Shown: positions 34,081 to 45,545 of the stretch, piece after piece
Layout: each line of letters begins with the position of its first letter
Numbering within the stretch: the stretch's first letter is position 1
Origin: Candidatus Bathyarchaeota archaeon
GTDB taxonomy: Archaea > Thermoproteota > Bathyarchaeia > Bathyarchaeales > DTEX01
Length of the DNA: 64,000 nt
Assembly (NCBI GenBank): GCA_963714275.1
Contig: CAVQNT010000004.1
Location: 92,471 to 156,470 of the forward strand
Reading direction: 5' to 3'
Made by a program: the position numbers and the translations under genes
The notes under the pieces: model-generated
What the model was told of the DNA's origin: nothing
What the model saw: only the letters and a program-made list of their open reading frames with translations
The model's database searches: none

Positions 34081-34117
34081 CTGAGCTAAATATCATTCTT
34101 GAGGAGGTTAGGAGACA

Positions 34118-34612
34118 TTGAAAAAGAAATATTATGTCGTAATACTCGCGGCTGCAATAGCTATTTCTTCAATTATTGCATATTACTACTTCATGCCAAA
34201 AACGCAGACGTTCAAGATGGAAATTGACTACAGTCCTGGAATTGAGGCGAACACACTTGTCCAATTTCAAAATGGATGGTACCGACGGGGTAGCGTTATG
34301 CACATCATTAACAACCCCAATCAACAAACTATCTAATTGAGGAAGGGCGATTCTGTTGTTTTGAAACTTTTGGATTATCCTTCCAATGTGACACAAGAAT
34401 GGTATCTGAGATAAAATTACGTATTTTTGAATGGTGGTGGCGGACTAGGTGATATCGCATGTGAACAAATCATCTTGGATGATCCGCCGAGGTTTGTAGT
34501 TCCAGAAGACGGATATTATATTTTCGAACTTGGCGTCGACAACGTAGATGTCTACTATCCTGGGATTTCAATTGGTGTCTGGACCTTCAGTGTAACCGTG
34601 ATTCCCTCATAA
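34118..34612 (+). CDS. Membrane-anchored or secreted hypothetical protein (frameshifted)
   Basis: N-terminal TM; ORFs 34118-34336 and 34427-34612. Confidence 0.5.
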
Positions 34613-35069
34613 AGCTGTACACACGTGTTCTGCGAAGCTTAGCTATAGCTGACTGCTCAGCTATCCAAAGTATACTTATAGTTGATTTCCCCAATAATAC
34701 CTGAAATTTCATTAATCTAGAAGAAGAAAAACAACCCGTTTTCGCAAGTTCTTCTTCTTTTATTCCTATTCTGTTCATTTTTTGGTGTATGCCTTTCGTT
34801 GACTTTCCCATAATTAGGATCATCTGGGATATTTAATTTAGTAGGACGGTTAATTTGGTGTACTACTATTTTCAGATTAAGTCTTTCAATTTTTCGCATA
34901 ACTGTTTGAGCTGTCTTATTCATTGTTGCAGTAATGAGATTAACAGCCTTTTTTCTCTCTCTGTCATGTAATTTGCGCTTTTAACTTGTTTATTAATTAT
35001 ACCTTTTATTTAATTAAGAACCAGAAAAAGAAAAAGTTTACAACCACAGCATAGCTGACTTAAGCATAT

Positions 35070-36284
35070 TTGAAGTGGCACAACTTGAATGCTCTGAAAA
35101 ATTTGCCAGAATTCTTGATGACGTCGGAGCCCGGGTCCTTCGCCCAAGAGACGATAGTGCGGAGGAAACCACACATTATAGATGACGTAATTGCTGATAA
35201 CGTCTATCCGTCATCCATTATCGAGTGGCTAACATGTTTTAAGGAAGAGATCGCTGAGGGTAAGGTTCAACCATTAACTGAGGAAGCCCTAGACGTACAA
35301 GAGTGGAATAAGACGTGGCTAAGATTTAAGGATAAGACTTGGTTGGAACTTCCATGGTTCTTCGCAGAGACTTATTTCTACCGCCGACTGCTGGAAGTTG
35401 TCAACTATTTTCAGCACGGCCCGCTAAGAAACCGAGATCCCTTCTCAACTCCTAAAGGAAAACAGATAGAAGAGAGCCTAACTCCCCTAAGCCTAGCGGT
35501 TGACATAATTAACGGAATCGAAGATTCCCGCCTATGCTTTGAGAACCTTTTGCATGCCAGTTTATGGGGTAACCGAATAGATTTAAGCAACTTCACAGTC
35601 TCAGACGAAATTAAGCGAAGACAAGCAATGATAGAAAGGGAAAATCTTCTAATTGACGATTTTCCCCGAGTCTATGAAGTCTTTGAAGAGCAGCAGCCCC
35701 TAAACGTGGCGTTCATCAACGACAATGTAGGGATGGAGCTAGGATTCGACCTCTATCTAGCCGACAATCTCTTAAGAAAAGGTTGGGCTAAACAGATAAC
35801 CTTCTATTTGAAGCCGTACCCCTTCTTTGTCTCAGACGCCATGCCCAAGGATCTACTAGGAACTGTCCAAGCCTTCAACAAAACCTCGGGACGCTTGAAC
35901 CTTCTAGGAAAACGTCTACAAGATGCCTTGTCCAAGAAAGAAATATTTTTAGAAAGCGATTGGTTCTGGGCGTCACCTTACCACTTTCCTGAAATGCCCA
36001 TCTCGCTTTATACGGAGATTTCACGGTTCGACATAGTCATCGCCAAAGGAGACGTTAATTACCGGCGACTCTTAAGCGACCGGCACTGGCCCCACACAAC
36101 ACCTATTACTGAAATTGTTCATTACTTCCCCGCATCGCTTCTAATTCTACGCACCCTAAAGGGAGAAATCATAGTCAACCTTAAGGAGGGGCAGGCTGAA
36201 AAACTCAAAGCGGAAGATTCAGATTGGCTAATAAATGGCAAACGAGGAATCATACAATACGTTGAACGTAAGAAAAAGAGTTAA
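35070..36284 (+). CDS. ARMT1/DUF89 damage-control phosphatase
   Basis: PWFFAETYFYRR, LWGNRIDLS, DNVGMEL, KPYPFFVSD, KGDVNYRRLL, RTLK. Confidence 0.92.
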   Translation: MKWHNLNALKNLPEFLMTSEPGSFAQETIVRRKPHIIDDVIADNVYPSSIIEWLTCFKEEIAEGKVQPLTEEALDVQEWNKTWLRFKDKTWLELPWFFAETYFYRRLLEVVNYFQHGPLRNRDPFSTPKGKQIEESLTPLSLAVDIINGIEDSRLCFENLLHASLWGNRIDLSNFTVSDEIKRRQAMIERENLLIDDFPRVYEVFEEQQPLNVAFINDNVGMELGFDLYLADNLLRKGWAKQITFYLKPYPFFVSDAMPKDLLGTVQAFNKTSGRLNLLGKRLQDALSKKEIFLESDWFWASPYHFPEMPISLYTEISRFDIVIAKGDVNYRRLLSDRHWPHTTPITEIVHYFPASLLILRTLKGEIIVNLKEGQAEKLKAEDSDWLINGKRGIIQYVERKKKS

Positions 36285-36384
36285 AGTCATAAAACGTTTA
36301 AAAAATTTCGATATCCAAACCTAAAGCAACTAAAAAATATATACGCGCATATAACAAGCAAACCTAGCCAGTTAAGGTAGTGAA

Positions 36385-37333
36385 ATGAATGAGAAGCATA
36401 AAACTTGCACCTGTAAATGAAGATAACATTGATGAAGTATCATCATTGGTTGTCAACAGTTTTCGAGAAGAACAAAAGCATGTCCCTATTCTCCGATCCT
36501 GTTTTGAGCATGATATGATGTTTCTTCCCCGAATAAGAAAACTCGTTAAAGAGGTTCCCAGTGTTGCTGCATACCAAGATGGACGTCTAGTAGGCTTTCT
36601 AACAGGTTTTGTAATACCATCATGGAGAGGCAAAAAAAGTGTGTATTGCCCTGAATGGGTACACTCTGCGGTAGGGAAAAATCGAAAAGAAGTCTATCAG
36701 TGAATGTATGCGGAGCTCTCAAAGAATTGGGTAGCGAACCGATGCAATACGCATCTAATCACTCATTTTGCCCATGATGTAGAAATAATTGAAACATTCT
36801 CATGGTTTGGTTTCGGAATGGCTGCTGCAGATGCAATACGAGACCTTAGTCCAATAAAAGGCGTGAACTCTGACGTTGAAATAAAAAAGGCGACAATAGA
36901 TGACCTGGAATCAGTCACATCTTTAAGCCATCAATTACATCAATACTTGGCTGGCGCGCCGACATTCCTTGTCTCTACGGAAGCATCTGAAAATAATTTA
37001 AAGAATTTATTATTAGACACTTCGAAGGCGTTATGGATCGCAATTAAAGGTGGCAGAGCAGTTTCATACATGACAGTGGGTCCAGCTAATTCAGACGCTG
37101 CTTTTGTGATCCAAGACAAAGGAATTGCCAGTATACATGGTGCTTTTACAGAAGAGAAATATCGTGGCCAAGGAATAGGAAAGGCATTGTTAAACAAGTC
37201 AATTGAATGAGCTTTCATCAAAGGGATACAAAAACTGTGCTGTAGATTTTGAACCAGAAAACATAGATGGAAGTCGTTTTTGGATGAAGCATTTTAAACC
37301 AATTTGTTACACTCTAGTTCGAAATGTAAATTA
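36385..37333 (+). pseudogene. Tandem GNAT acetyltransferase (interrupted)
   Basis: YRGQGIGKALL; in-frame stops or frameshifts near 36701 and 37208. Confidence 0.75.
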
Positions 37334-37341
37334 ACATGTAT

Positions 37342-37355
37342 ATTAAATTCTAATC
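37342..37355. repeat. Degenerate core copy
   Basis: ATTAAATTCTAATC followed by CCAAACC, like the arm after 12703. Confidence 0.6.
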
Positions 37356-37599
37356 CCAAACCACAAAGCAAACTAATATTCTTCTTTATAAATTCTGGGA
37401 AATAAAAAAATTTTAGTTTAGGCAAAGAAGATAGACTAGGTTTACCTTTCATAGTAAGCTGCACCACCAGTTTCCATCAATGTCTATAATCCCTCCAGTG
37501 ATGAACGAACGTCAACTTTGAAGTAGAAGATAATCTCTATGCTATCTATCTAATCTAGAGAATCATGCAACACAGAAACAATTCTTATCTATACTTGTT

Positions 37600-39096
37600 T
37601 TAACTGGGTTTACTGCTTCGTCTTCTCATAACAAATAGTCCCATAATCACAGCTACTGCAGCAACAGCTGCACCAGCAACAACGTACATTATTGGGAAAC
37701 CTTCACCGATAGGGACTAACGTGACTTCTGGGTTGATGTTTACTGTTTCAATGCATGGAATTATGGCTCCAGTATACTCTAATCCTTGGTAATCAGGTTC
37801 AAGAGGCCAGAAGTTTATTTGTAAAACAACATTTTTGTCGGATTGAACTATGTGAGTTCCCGGCGTAATATATAATAACGGTGAACTGGCATGCACTATG
37901 CGAATGTCACCGTCTATTGTTAATTGGGTTTCCTCATTAGCAAAGAAGTATGCCTCAATATGAGCCTCAATAGGCAGATTAATCATAGTATCCTCATTTG
38001 GCTGAATGCCAATAAATATCACTCCATGACCATATGATGCATACTTACTATTCCCAGTAATCGAGGGATTTCGTGCCGTCTGTTCGATGCTACCATTATG
38101 AATCAGCGATAATGTTATTGGCTTATCGCTTTGTACAGCGATTGCTACAGCTTCTGTTTGAATCCTGCCCCCACTTCCTCCACTTATTGTAAGCTTATCA
38201 ATCTCTAACTTTGTCTCAAGATCATAAACCTTAACCTGCGTGTCTTCTGAAGCCGTTATTCGGAACCCATAATCCCTTAATGGATCCCACCCCCATTCCT
38301 GGCTTTTTAACGACATTGTTAAAAAGTAAGTTCCCACAAAGCCGCCCTGTGCAGCAGGAACAGAGAAACATGGAACATAATCTCCACCCTTGCCTTGAAC
38401 ATAGCCTGATTGTATCATGATATTGCCTGTTGATTCGATTTTGTAGACTCTAAAGGGACTTAATATTATATTTTTGTATGAATTAGCATCGAGAGAATAT
38501 GAGTATTTTGTGTTATCATCTCTGGTCACTGTAACACTTGCTTTTTCCAAAGCCAATATCATATAATCGGCGTCGTTGATTCCTTGGCCAGAACCCATGA
38601 TAACAAATTCTTTTCCAACAAACAAACCGTCGGTGGACGTGTAAAAGCCAAATGGCAGTGTACACTCTCTAGCAGTGGTGGCAGGTATACTGTGATAATT
38701 TAATAGTAAAACAGAAACCTGTTTATCCGATACTACTTTGAACATTGTGCCATTAGCAAATAATACATAATGCTTTTCCATACTGTCAATGCTGAACTCA
38801 TCCGCAATCTTATCAAGTGTCAAATCGTTAACCTTCACATGTGTGCTGTCCTCTGCAGCAACAATCACAAGCAAAGAAGAATTACCTACTGAGCCAGTGT
38901 CAAGCCTCCAAACTGAGTTACGGTCACTCGTATCCGTAAGATTGTAACTGTAAATTCTTGAGGGCACAACTCCATAATAGGTAAAATCTGGATTTCCTTG
39001 TGACAAATGGACGCGAACTAATAATGGAGAATAAAACATCGGATTTGTCGCAATCAAACACAATAAAAATATTTTTGAGCGTTTCCCACAGTGCAT
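37600..39096 (-). CDS. Surface protein, IgGFc-binding-like repeats, C-terminal TM anchor
   Basis: Repeated SDKQVSV, SDKPITL, SDKNVVL; hydrophobic tail followed by RRR. Confidence 0.65.
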   Translation of the reverse strand: MHCGKRSKIFLLCLIATNPMFYSPLLVRVHLSQGNPDFTYYGVVPSRIYSYNLTDTSDRNSVWRLDTGSVGNSSLLVIVAAEDSTHVKVNDLTLDKIADEFSIDSMEKHYVLFANGTMFKVVSDKQVSVLLLNYHSIPATTARECTLPFGFYTSTDGLFVGKEFVIMGSGQGINDADYMILALEKASVTVTRDDNTKYSYSLDANSYKNIILSPFRVYKIESTGNIMIQSGYVQGKGGDYVPCFSVPAAQGGFVGTYFLTMSLKSQEWGWDPLRDYGFRITASEDTQVKVYDLETKLEIDKLTISGGSGGRIQTEAVAIAVQSDKPITLSLIHNGSIEQTARNPSITGNSKYASYGHGVIFIGIQPNEDTMINLPIEAHIEAYFFANEETQLTIDGDIRIVHASSPLLYITPGTHIVQSDKNVVLQINFWPLEPDYQGLEYTGAIIPCIETVNINPEVTLVPIGEGFPIMYVVAGAAVAAVAVIMGLFVMRRRSSKPS

Positions 39097-39563
39097 ATTC
39101 TTATGCTCCTAAGATACATCTCACAATTAATTTTTTATATGATTATTTAATATTTAAAGCATTGCATAATGTTCTTCATAGTTCTGTCATCACTTAACAT
39201 ACTAGCTTCCTCTCTTTCTTAACCATACATTTTTAGTATTCATCTGAACAAAGAAATTTTTTCGGAAGTTTCTAACCCAGAGAAGAAAAATTGAAGCCTT
39301 TCAAATAAAAGTTTATATTAGCAAGTACATAATTAGTGCGCGCGCATTGAAGGGTTCTTTCTAATTTTCCGCCCTTAACCAGCATCTAACCCATTCCAAG
39401 CTAAAATTTTGGAAACAAATGCACTACCAGATTTTCTTTTCAGCTTATGCGTGTATTAGGATTTTTGTTTTTTTCCGGCTTCATGACAATAGCTAATAAC
39501 TTCACGAGGTCTAGTTAGTTTTCTCTTTTTTTGGCGGTTCATTTAATTTTATTAGATTGAACT

Positions 39564-40076
39564 ATGTCTTTTTTATGGGTGAAAATGTTGGATATTAAGG
39601 ATCTATTCAAATATAATTGGTACTGTCGAAGAAAGTTTCTAAAAAGCATGACTGATATATCTTGGGAAACCGTAACTGAGAACTGTGGCGCAAGCTTCGA
39701 CTCTATTCGAAACATTTTTATTCACAGCCTCCAAGCTGAACAATTTTGGATCAGACTTTTATCTCGAAAGAGTATAAAGGGAATCTGGGAGACACCGTTT
39801 AGCAAGTTCGCAAGCATCAAGAACGTACAGGAATACGCTGATAAGGTTGAAACCGAAACGAACGAATACTTGAACAATCTATCGAAACAGGATCTCAATA
39901 GCATCTTCGAGTTTGAAGGATGGGATAAAAAGACACATAGGCATAAAGTTGAAAACATCCTGATGCACACGATTGAAGAAGAGATTCATCACCGTGGAGA
40001 ATTATTATGCATCTTCTGGCAACACGACATCGAACCACCATATACAAGTTATACAGATTACAAGGGTGAAGATTAA
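39564..40076 (+). CDS. DinB family protein
   Basis: YNW, SIRNIFIH...EQFW, H...EEIHHRGEL. Confidence 0.9.
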   Translation: MSFLWVKMLDIKDLFKYNWYCRRKFLKSMTDISWETVTENCGASFDSIRNIFIHSLQAEQFWIRLLSRKSIKGIWETPFSKFASIKNVQEYADKVETETNEYLNNLSKQDLNSIFEFEGWDKKTHRHKVENILMHTIEEEIHHRGELLCIFWQHDIEPPYTSYTDYKGED

Positions 40077-40227
40077 CAAATTCCCTCTGTTACCCCAAAA
40101 AAAGCATACGTTCCTCGTGTGCACCAAAATTGTGAGAGAGTGTAGCTCACTAGCGCGCGCTGACTGCAACGAGAGATTCGAACCAATATATAGAAGAAAC
40201 AGATTCCTTTGAAAAAAGGAGATTATC

Positions 40228-40887
40228 ATGACAAAAGTAGTGGCAATAAATGGTAGCCCAAAGATGGAGAAGAGCAAGACCGTAAAGATTCTTACACCCT
40301 TTCTCGAAGGCATGGAGAAAGCTGGGGCAACAGTTGAGTTGTTTTATGCAAAACGCCTAAATGTCAAGCCATGCGACGGAGAGTTCTATTGCTGGAACAA
40401 GAAACCAGACGAATGTTACATTCAAGATAGTATGCAACCGCTCTATTCCAAGTTACGCAAAGCCGACATCCTTGTTTTGGCAACACCTGTCTATGTTCCT
40501 TTGCTAGGCGAGATGCAGAACTTCCTAAACAGACTTGTACCTCTCATGGATCTTGTTCTCAAACGACAAAACGGTCGCACACGCGCCAGATTCCATTCTG
40601 ATGTCAAAATCAGCAAACTTGTGTTAGTGTCCTCAAGCGGTTGGTGGGAAATGGGTAACTTTGGAACAGTCCTCAGGATTGTAAAAGAACTAGCGAAGGA
40701 CTTCAATGTCAAGTTCGCAGGTGCGTTGCTTAGACCCCACTCTCATTATTTGGATGAGGACCCAAAAAAAACTGAGGAAATCTTTGAGGCAGCCAGACAA
40801 GCAGGCTATGCACTAGTAAAAGGTGGAAGAATACCCAAAATTCTCCTTAAGGTCATAAGTCAACCACTCACATTGCAAGCGCCCTGA
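40228..40887 (+). CDS. Flavodoxin-like iron-sulfur flavoprotein/FMN reductase
   Basis: INGSPK, PCDGEFYCW...C, ADILVLATPVY. Confidence 0.88.
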   Translation: MTKVVAINGSPKMEKSKTVKILTPFLEGMEKAGATVELFYAKRLNVKPCDGEFYCWNKKPDECYIQDSMQPLYSKLRKADILVLATPVYVPLLGEMQNFLNRLVPLMDLVLKRQNGRTRARFHSDVKISKLVLVSSSGWWEMGNFGTVLRIVKELAKDFNVKFAGALLRPHSHYLDEDPKKTEEIFEAARQAGYALVKGGRIPKILLKVISQPLTLQAP

Positions 40888-41047
40888 TTTAATTGTGTTT
40901 TGGGTAAACCAAACATAGGGAAAAATCTCTTAGTATTTTTTTGACATTAGCCCTTGGCATTTATCTAAGAATAAATACGAAAATGATATTAACGGATGCT
41001 TCGACTTAGGAGGTAAAATCGAAAAGCAGATAATAGAAGGATTAACT

Positions 41048-41227
41048 ATGGCAAAATGGAAATGCACCATCTGCGGTTTCATATATGACTCGGAATACGG
41101 AGACCCTGAAAACAGCATCGCCGCAGACACCTCTTTCGAGAAGCTGCCTGATGATTGGAAGTGCCCTTTCTGCAGTCCCCCAAAGAGTTTCATTCAGGAA
41201 GATAAAAGACTAAATGAACTTGACTAA
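41048..41227 (+). CDS. Rubredoxin
   Basis: Not in the ORF track; MAKWKCTICGFIYD...GDP...FEKLPDDWKCPFC. Confidence 0.9.
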   Translation: MAKWKCTICGFIYDSEYGDPENSIAADTSFEKLPDDWKCPFCSPPKSFIQEDKRLNELD

Positions 41228-41448
41228 GTAAATTTTTTTGTTTATTTGATTGTCTGTCTGACTGATTGTTTGTTTGACACCGCGCGCTATCCATTTGTGA
41301 AACATTTAATCCCCTAAACTCAAAACTCCAACCCAAACTAACTCTACCCCAACAATTAGCTAGATAATTTATGCACATTTCATAATTCTTAAATAGACGC
41401 TCGCTGTTTCCGACGGATGTTCGGTCAGATTGGTTAGGAGCTGTAAAA

Positions 41449-42651
41449 TTGAGTCGATTTATGGCATATGGAAGAAACCTTTTGCTCCTGTCTATCATTT
41501 TTCTAGTATGCTCCTTCGCCCTTAATTTAGTCGGTCCAGTATGGCCAGTTTACATTAAAAATTCTCTTAATGCATCTATGACTGAGCTTGGTTTTGTATT
41601 TTCACTTTCGAATGGTGTATCCGCTGTTATGCAAATCACATGTGGGTTTTTGTCAGACAAGTATGGTAGAAAACGTTTACATGCCTTAGGCACCTTGTTG
41701 GCTGCTTTTCCTCCGTTGATGTATGCTTTAGCCAATAATTGGGTTGACTTGATTCCTTGGGTCATGCTTTCTGGCTTTGCAACAGGATTATACTTGCCTA
41801 TGAGGTGGGTAATTGTGGCAGATGTTTCCTCACCTGAAACTATGGCTAAGGCTTACGGTTGGGTAAACATTTCTTGGCTTGCAGGATCTACTATTGCTCC
41901 TTATATAGGCGGAATGATAGCGGACTCCTTTGGTATACGTTTTCCTTTCTATTTCTATTCGTTACTGATTTTTGCTGTTTTTCCTTTAACATTGTTGATG
42001 GAGGAAACTAGGAGAAAACCACAAGCAATAACTGCTGAAAAAGAAAGCGAAGCCCATCTGAATCAGGGATATTTGGTGGCTCTTCTCATGTTTTCTTTGA
42101 TTAACATAATTCAAGGAATGGGTATAGGCGTAACTGGGCCTGTCATTTCAGTTTTTGTCTTATCGCAATTTCCTGTAGATTACACGTTTATCGGCATATT
42201 ATTCGCTATAGGTTTTGGAGTTGCTTCTATAGTTGTGCAGATGCCAGCAAGCAAACTGAGTGATGCGTTTGAAAGAAGAAAAATTATATTCATAGCTATC
42301 GTGGCTTCAGCGCCGTTCTTCCTACTTTTTGCTTATTCACAAAACACAAATGAATTGATTGTTTTGATGTTTCTGTCAAACGCCATATTGAACACTTCAT
42401 GGCCTGCGTTTCAAACACTCATGATGGACGCTACCCCATCTTCGAAGTGGGGTCTTGCAAATGGGATTTCTGCAACTACGTGGTGGATTGGAATGATGAC
42501 CGGAAATGCCTTAAGTGGCATTCTTTGGGACAATTGGGGGATGTATGCACCATTCTGGACCTCAGCAATCGCAGTGGGACTTTCTGCGACTCCATTGCTT
42601 CTGCTAAAAGAAACCAGAATAAAGAAGAATCGAGAAGAGATTCAAAAGTAA
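41449..42651 (+). CDS. MFS transporter
   Basis: GFLSDKYGRKR motif A, about 12 TM segments. Confidence 0.92.
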   Translation: MSRFMAYGRNLLLLSIIFLVCSFALNLVGPVWPVYIKNSLNASMTELGFVFSLSNGVSAVMQITCGFLSDKYGRKRLHALGTLLAAFPPLMYALANNWVDLIPWVMLSGFATGLYLPMRWVIVADVSSPETMAKAYGWVNISWLAGSTIAPYIGGMIADSFGIRFPFYFYSLLIFAVFPLTLLMEETRRKPQAITAEKESEAHLNQGYLVALLMFSLINIIQGMGIGVTGPVISVFVLSQFPVDYTFIGILFAIGFGVASIVVQMPASKLSDAFERRKIIFIAIVASAPFFLLFAYSQNTNELIVLMFLSNAILNTSWPAFQTLMMDATPSSKWGLANGISATTWWIGMMTGNALSGILWDNWGMYAPFWTSAIAVGLSATPLLLLKETRIKKNREEIQK

Positions 42652-42764
42652 GGAGTTTTGCTCTTTGAGAAAGAGGCTAGCTCAGCTAGAAAAAATCATG
42701 AACTAAATGTTTTTCGTAGAAAAAGAAAAAGAGGGAAATTAGATGGACACTTCCATGCGATAAT

Positions 42765-43043
42765 CTATAGGAGCTTCAGCCCTTCTTCCCTTGGAATAGC
42801 TACCATCGTTTCCGTGGTTACATCTTCTCTAACGTCGATAGCCAGTTTCATAGCGTCCTTCTCGCTTGGAGCTTCAAAAATCACGACGTCATCATATCGT
42901 CCAAGAGTCCAATAGAACCCCAGAATTTTAATGCCTTTCTTCTTCAGTTCATCAAGCATTTTTGTGGCTCGACCAGTATTCTCTTCGGTAGGTTTCTTCT
43001 TATCTTTGACTAGCATTATGAAAATCAAACAAACCACCCACAT
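42765..43043 (-). CDS. GYD-domain protein
   Basis: YWTLGRYDDVVIFEAP, TETMVA. Confidence 0.88.
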   Translation of the reverse strand: MWVVCLIFIMLVKDKKKPTEENTGRATKMLDELKKKGIKILGFYWTLGRYDDVVIFEAPSEKDAMKLAIDVREDVTTETMVAIPREEGLKLL

Positions 43044-43128
43044 AAATTGTCCACCTAACAGAGATATTAGCGTTTCCTCCAGCCCAAAAGAAAAAGACTG
43101 AAGATCAGCGAGAGAAGAGAGAGAAAAA

Positions 43129-43142
43129 GATTAAATTTTAAC
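43129..43142. repeat. Degenerate core copy
   Basis: GAGAGAAAAA-GATTAAATTTTAAC-TCCCCAAACCC closely mimics the element's right end (12680-12712). Confidence 0.75.
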
Positions 43143-43587
43143 TCCCCAAACCCACTTGAACTTAGACTCAAGACAGCTTACTAATATCCTCTCTCTCATC
43201 TATCACAATACGATAAAAATACTCACACACACACATGATTAAGCAATTTCCCAAAGGCACAAGCGAAAATTTGACTTCACTATCGACAGCAATGCTTTTT
43301 AATAACGAGACGATGTCATTCTGCCTTATGGAGATCTGAAAAATGACCACAAGGAGCAAGAAAGAGAAATCTGATGGTCGCGAAAAGCATAAACAAATGC
43401 TCAGGGACAAGAAGATGAAAAAGCAGGAGAAGAAGAATATCTCGCTTCCAACAAGGCATAAGAAATAGTCATAGCTGACGTCACTATAAATCTGAAATAA
43501 CCTATATTATTCGAAACATTTAAAGAAGTTTTTCTCAAGAGCAAAGATTAAAATATTAATTTATTATAAAGTTATTTAGGGAATACC

Positions 43588-44342
43588 ATGGGGTTCAAAG
43601 ATATTTTAGTGGACGCACGCGCGAAAAAACATTTTGTACTATTTTTGATCATCCTGCTTTGTATTTCATTGTTTATGGCATTTCCATGTAAAGCGAAAGT
43701 AGTTTGGTCAGATGATTTTAATGACGGAGACTATCGCGGATGGACTGTAGATGGTGGTACATTCTCTGCGGAAGACAACACATTAAAGACCGTATTAGGG
43801 GATTCTTACTACGGGATATATCAACAGAGTTTTGTAGCCACTGGAACATGGAGGCTTTGATGTATTGGTAGGGACGGAAACGGATATCTTTTTTATGTAC
43901 ACCCAATTAATGAATGAACAAGACCAATACGAAGGTATAGAAATCCTCTGGTTTGGCACTCATCTTCAACTATACAGTTACAGCAGACTTCTATGACGCA
44001 GGGAGTCTCAGGCTTGGAGAGTACATTTTCTCAAGCAACATTCCTGGATGGCAACATCTTGATGTTACACGAAACTCAAAAGGGCGAATTTGTATTTACC
44101 ATAATGGAACTCTCATCTTAGATTTGGTGGACCAAGCGACCTTAACATCGTCCGAGTTTTTTATATATTTGCCCTCTGGAGCAGCTGCCATCGACAACGT
44201 AGTCGTAAGTAACACAATAGACATTGAACCTCCACCTCCAATTCCATTCTACCTACAGACATGGTTCTTAGCAACAGCAGGTGCAGTTGCATTAGCAATA
44301 ATTGTCATAATAACTTTCCTAAGGCACAGAAAATACAGTTAA
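43588..44342 (+). CDS. Secreted beta-rich protein with C-terminal TM anchor (frameshifted)
   Basis: Signal peptide, WSDDFNDG, WQHLDVTR, IDNVVVS. Confidence 0.65.
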
Positions 44343-44429
44343 CTCAATACAGACATTACAGAAAAAACACTTTTCTAGGTTCAAAAAATGGGAATAGCAA
44401 ATTAACCACCGTTCAGGTTGTGGTGGTGC

Positions 44430-44552
44430 ATTAAAATTTAATCACCCACACACTAATTTACTTTTATTTTCCTTCTCTCATTCACTCTCACATATACACT
44501 CTCTTTAAAAAAACACAAACAAAAAACACACACGCACAACGCTAGCTCACTA
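44430..44552 (-). repeat. Core plus arm, an inverted homolog of 6532-6658
   Basis: Shared blocks CACACACTAATT, TTTCCTTCTCTCATTCACTC and AAAAAAACACAAACAAAAAACACACAC; ends in TAGCT. Confidence 0.85.
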
Positions 44553-44603
44553 AATTTTATAGAAATATCTATAGTTCTTGTTTTCGAGCTGAGAGCTAGA
44601 TAC

Positions 44604-45545
44604 CTATTCAACTATTTGGGCTCGTTTAAAGGCGTACCACGAGATAAATGAGAAGGCAAGAATGTAGGCTACCGCTATGGCTATTGATCTTAGCAGAACG
44701 AGTGAGAGGGGCTCCGTGTAGAGTTCAATCATTGAAGTAGGTTGCCCAGGTCTGAACCCGCTTATCTTATAGAAAGTTACGTTCGAAGAGGGGTGAAGGA
44801 TATAGGTAATCAAGGTAGGGGCAATATTGTCTATCCCGGTAGACACGGATATACTCAAGTCCTTGATAGTTCCTGTCATCCCACTGCTTGGCAGATAGCT
44901 GAGAATCCAAGCCTGATCTGAAAAAATTGATATAATTGGGGTGCTGATGAGTAGACCAATAAAAATGCCAAAGGCGCCGAGAGCCGCTATCATTGAGCTT
45001 TTTGAAATGGAGCCTATTGCCAGAACTATGGCTACCCAAACAAAGGTACTGATTACGCTCCCAACTAGAGAGAGTGGGATAAGTTGAAGGTTGTTTTGAG
45101 GGCCATATACAACTGTCCCGCCAATGGCGATGTAAATGAAGAGAACAAAGTAAACTGAGAGAATCATGATGAAAGCTGCAATAAGTTTGCCTAGGAAAAC
45201 AAATGTTCTAGAGACGGGCTTTGTTAACAGCGGAACGATTGTGCCGCTCTCAAATTCACCTGAGATGCTGTTCATGACTGTTACGAGAGCGAAAAGGAAG
45301 AAAACGAAGGCGTTAGGGCTGAAGTTGACCGAGTAGTCTGGATTCGGGGGCAGCGGCTGACCTGCCCTGTTATATAAAACCACTGGCAAGGCTAAGCTGA
45401 GAGTAGCGAAGGCAAATGCAACCACGACGATGCCTATGAACTTTCTCTTTCGGATATTCCACAGAAGCTCATACTGTACAACAGCCCAGAAACGGGTTGT
45501 CCAGGTTGAATTTCTTGTAACTTCCTTCTTATTAATGGCGCTCAT
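44604..45545 (-). CDS. ABC-2 type transporter permease
   Basis: SISGEFESGTIVPLLTKPVSR...GK. Confidence 0.9.
   Translation of the reverse strand: MSAINKKEVTRNSTWTTRFWAVVQYELLWNIRKRKFIGIVVVAFAFATLSLALPVVLYNRAGQPLPPNPDYSVNFSPNAFVFFLFALVTVMNSISGEFESGTIVPLLTKPVSRTFVFLGKLIAAFIMILSVYFVLFIYIAIGGTVVYGPQNNLQLIPLSLVGSVISTFVWVAIVLAIGSISKSSMIAALGAFGIFIGLLISTPIISIFSDQAWILSYLPSSGMTGTIKDLSISVSTGIDNIAPTLITYILHPSSNVTFYKISGFRPGQPTSMIELYTEPLSLVLLRSIAIAVAYILAFSFISWYAFKRAQIVE

Noticed and set aside
40930-41193. Minus-strand 87-aa ORF
   Set aside because: Antisense to the rubredoxin gene at 41048-41227.
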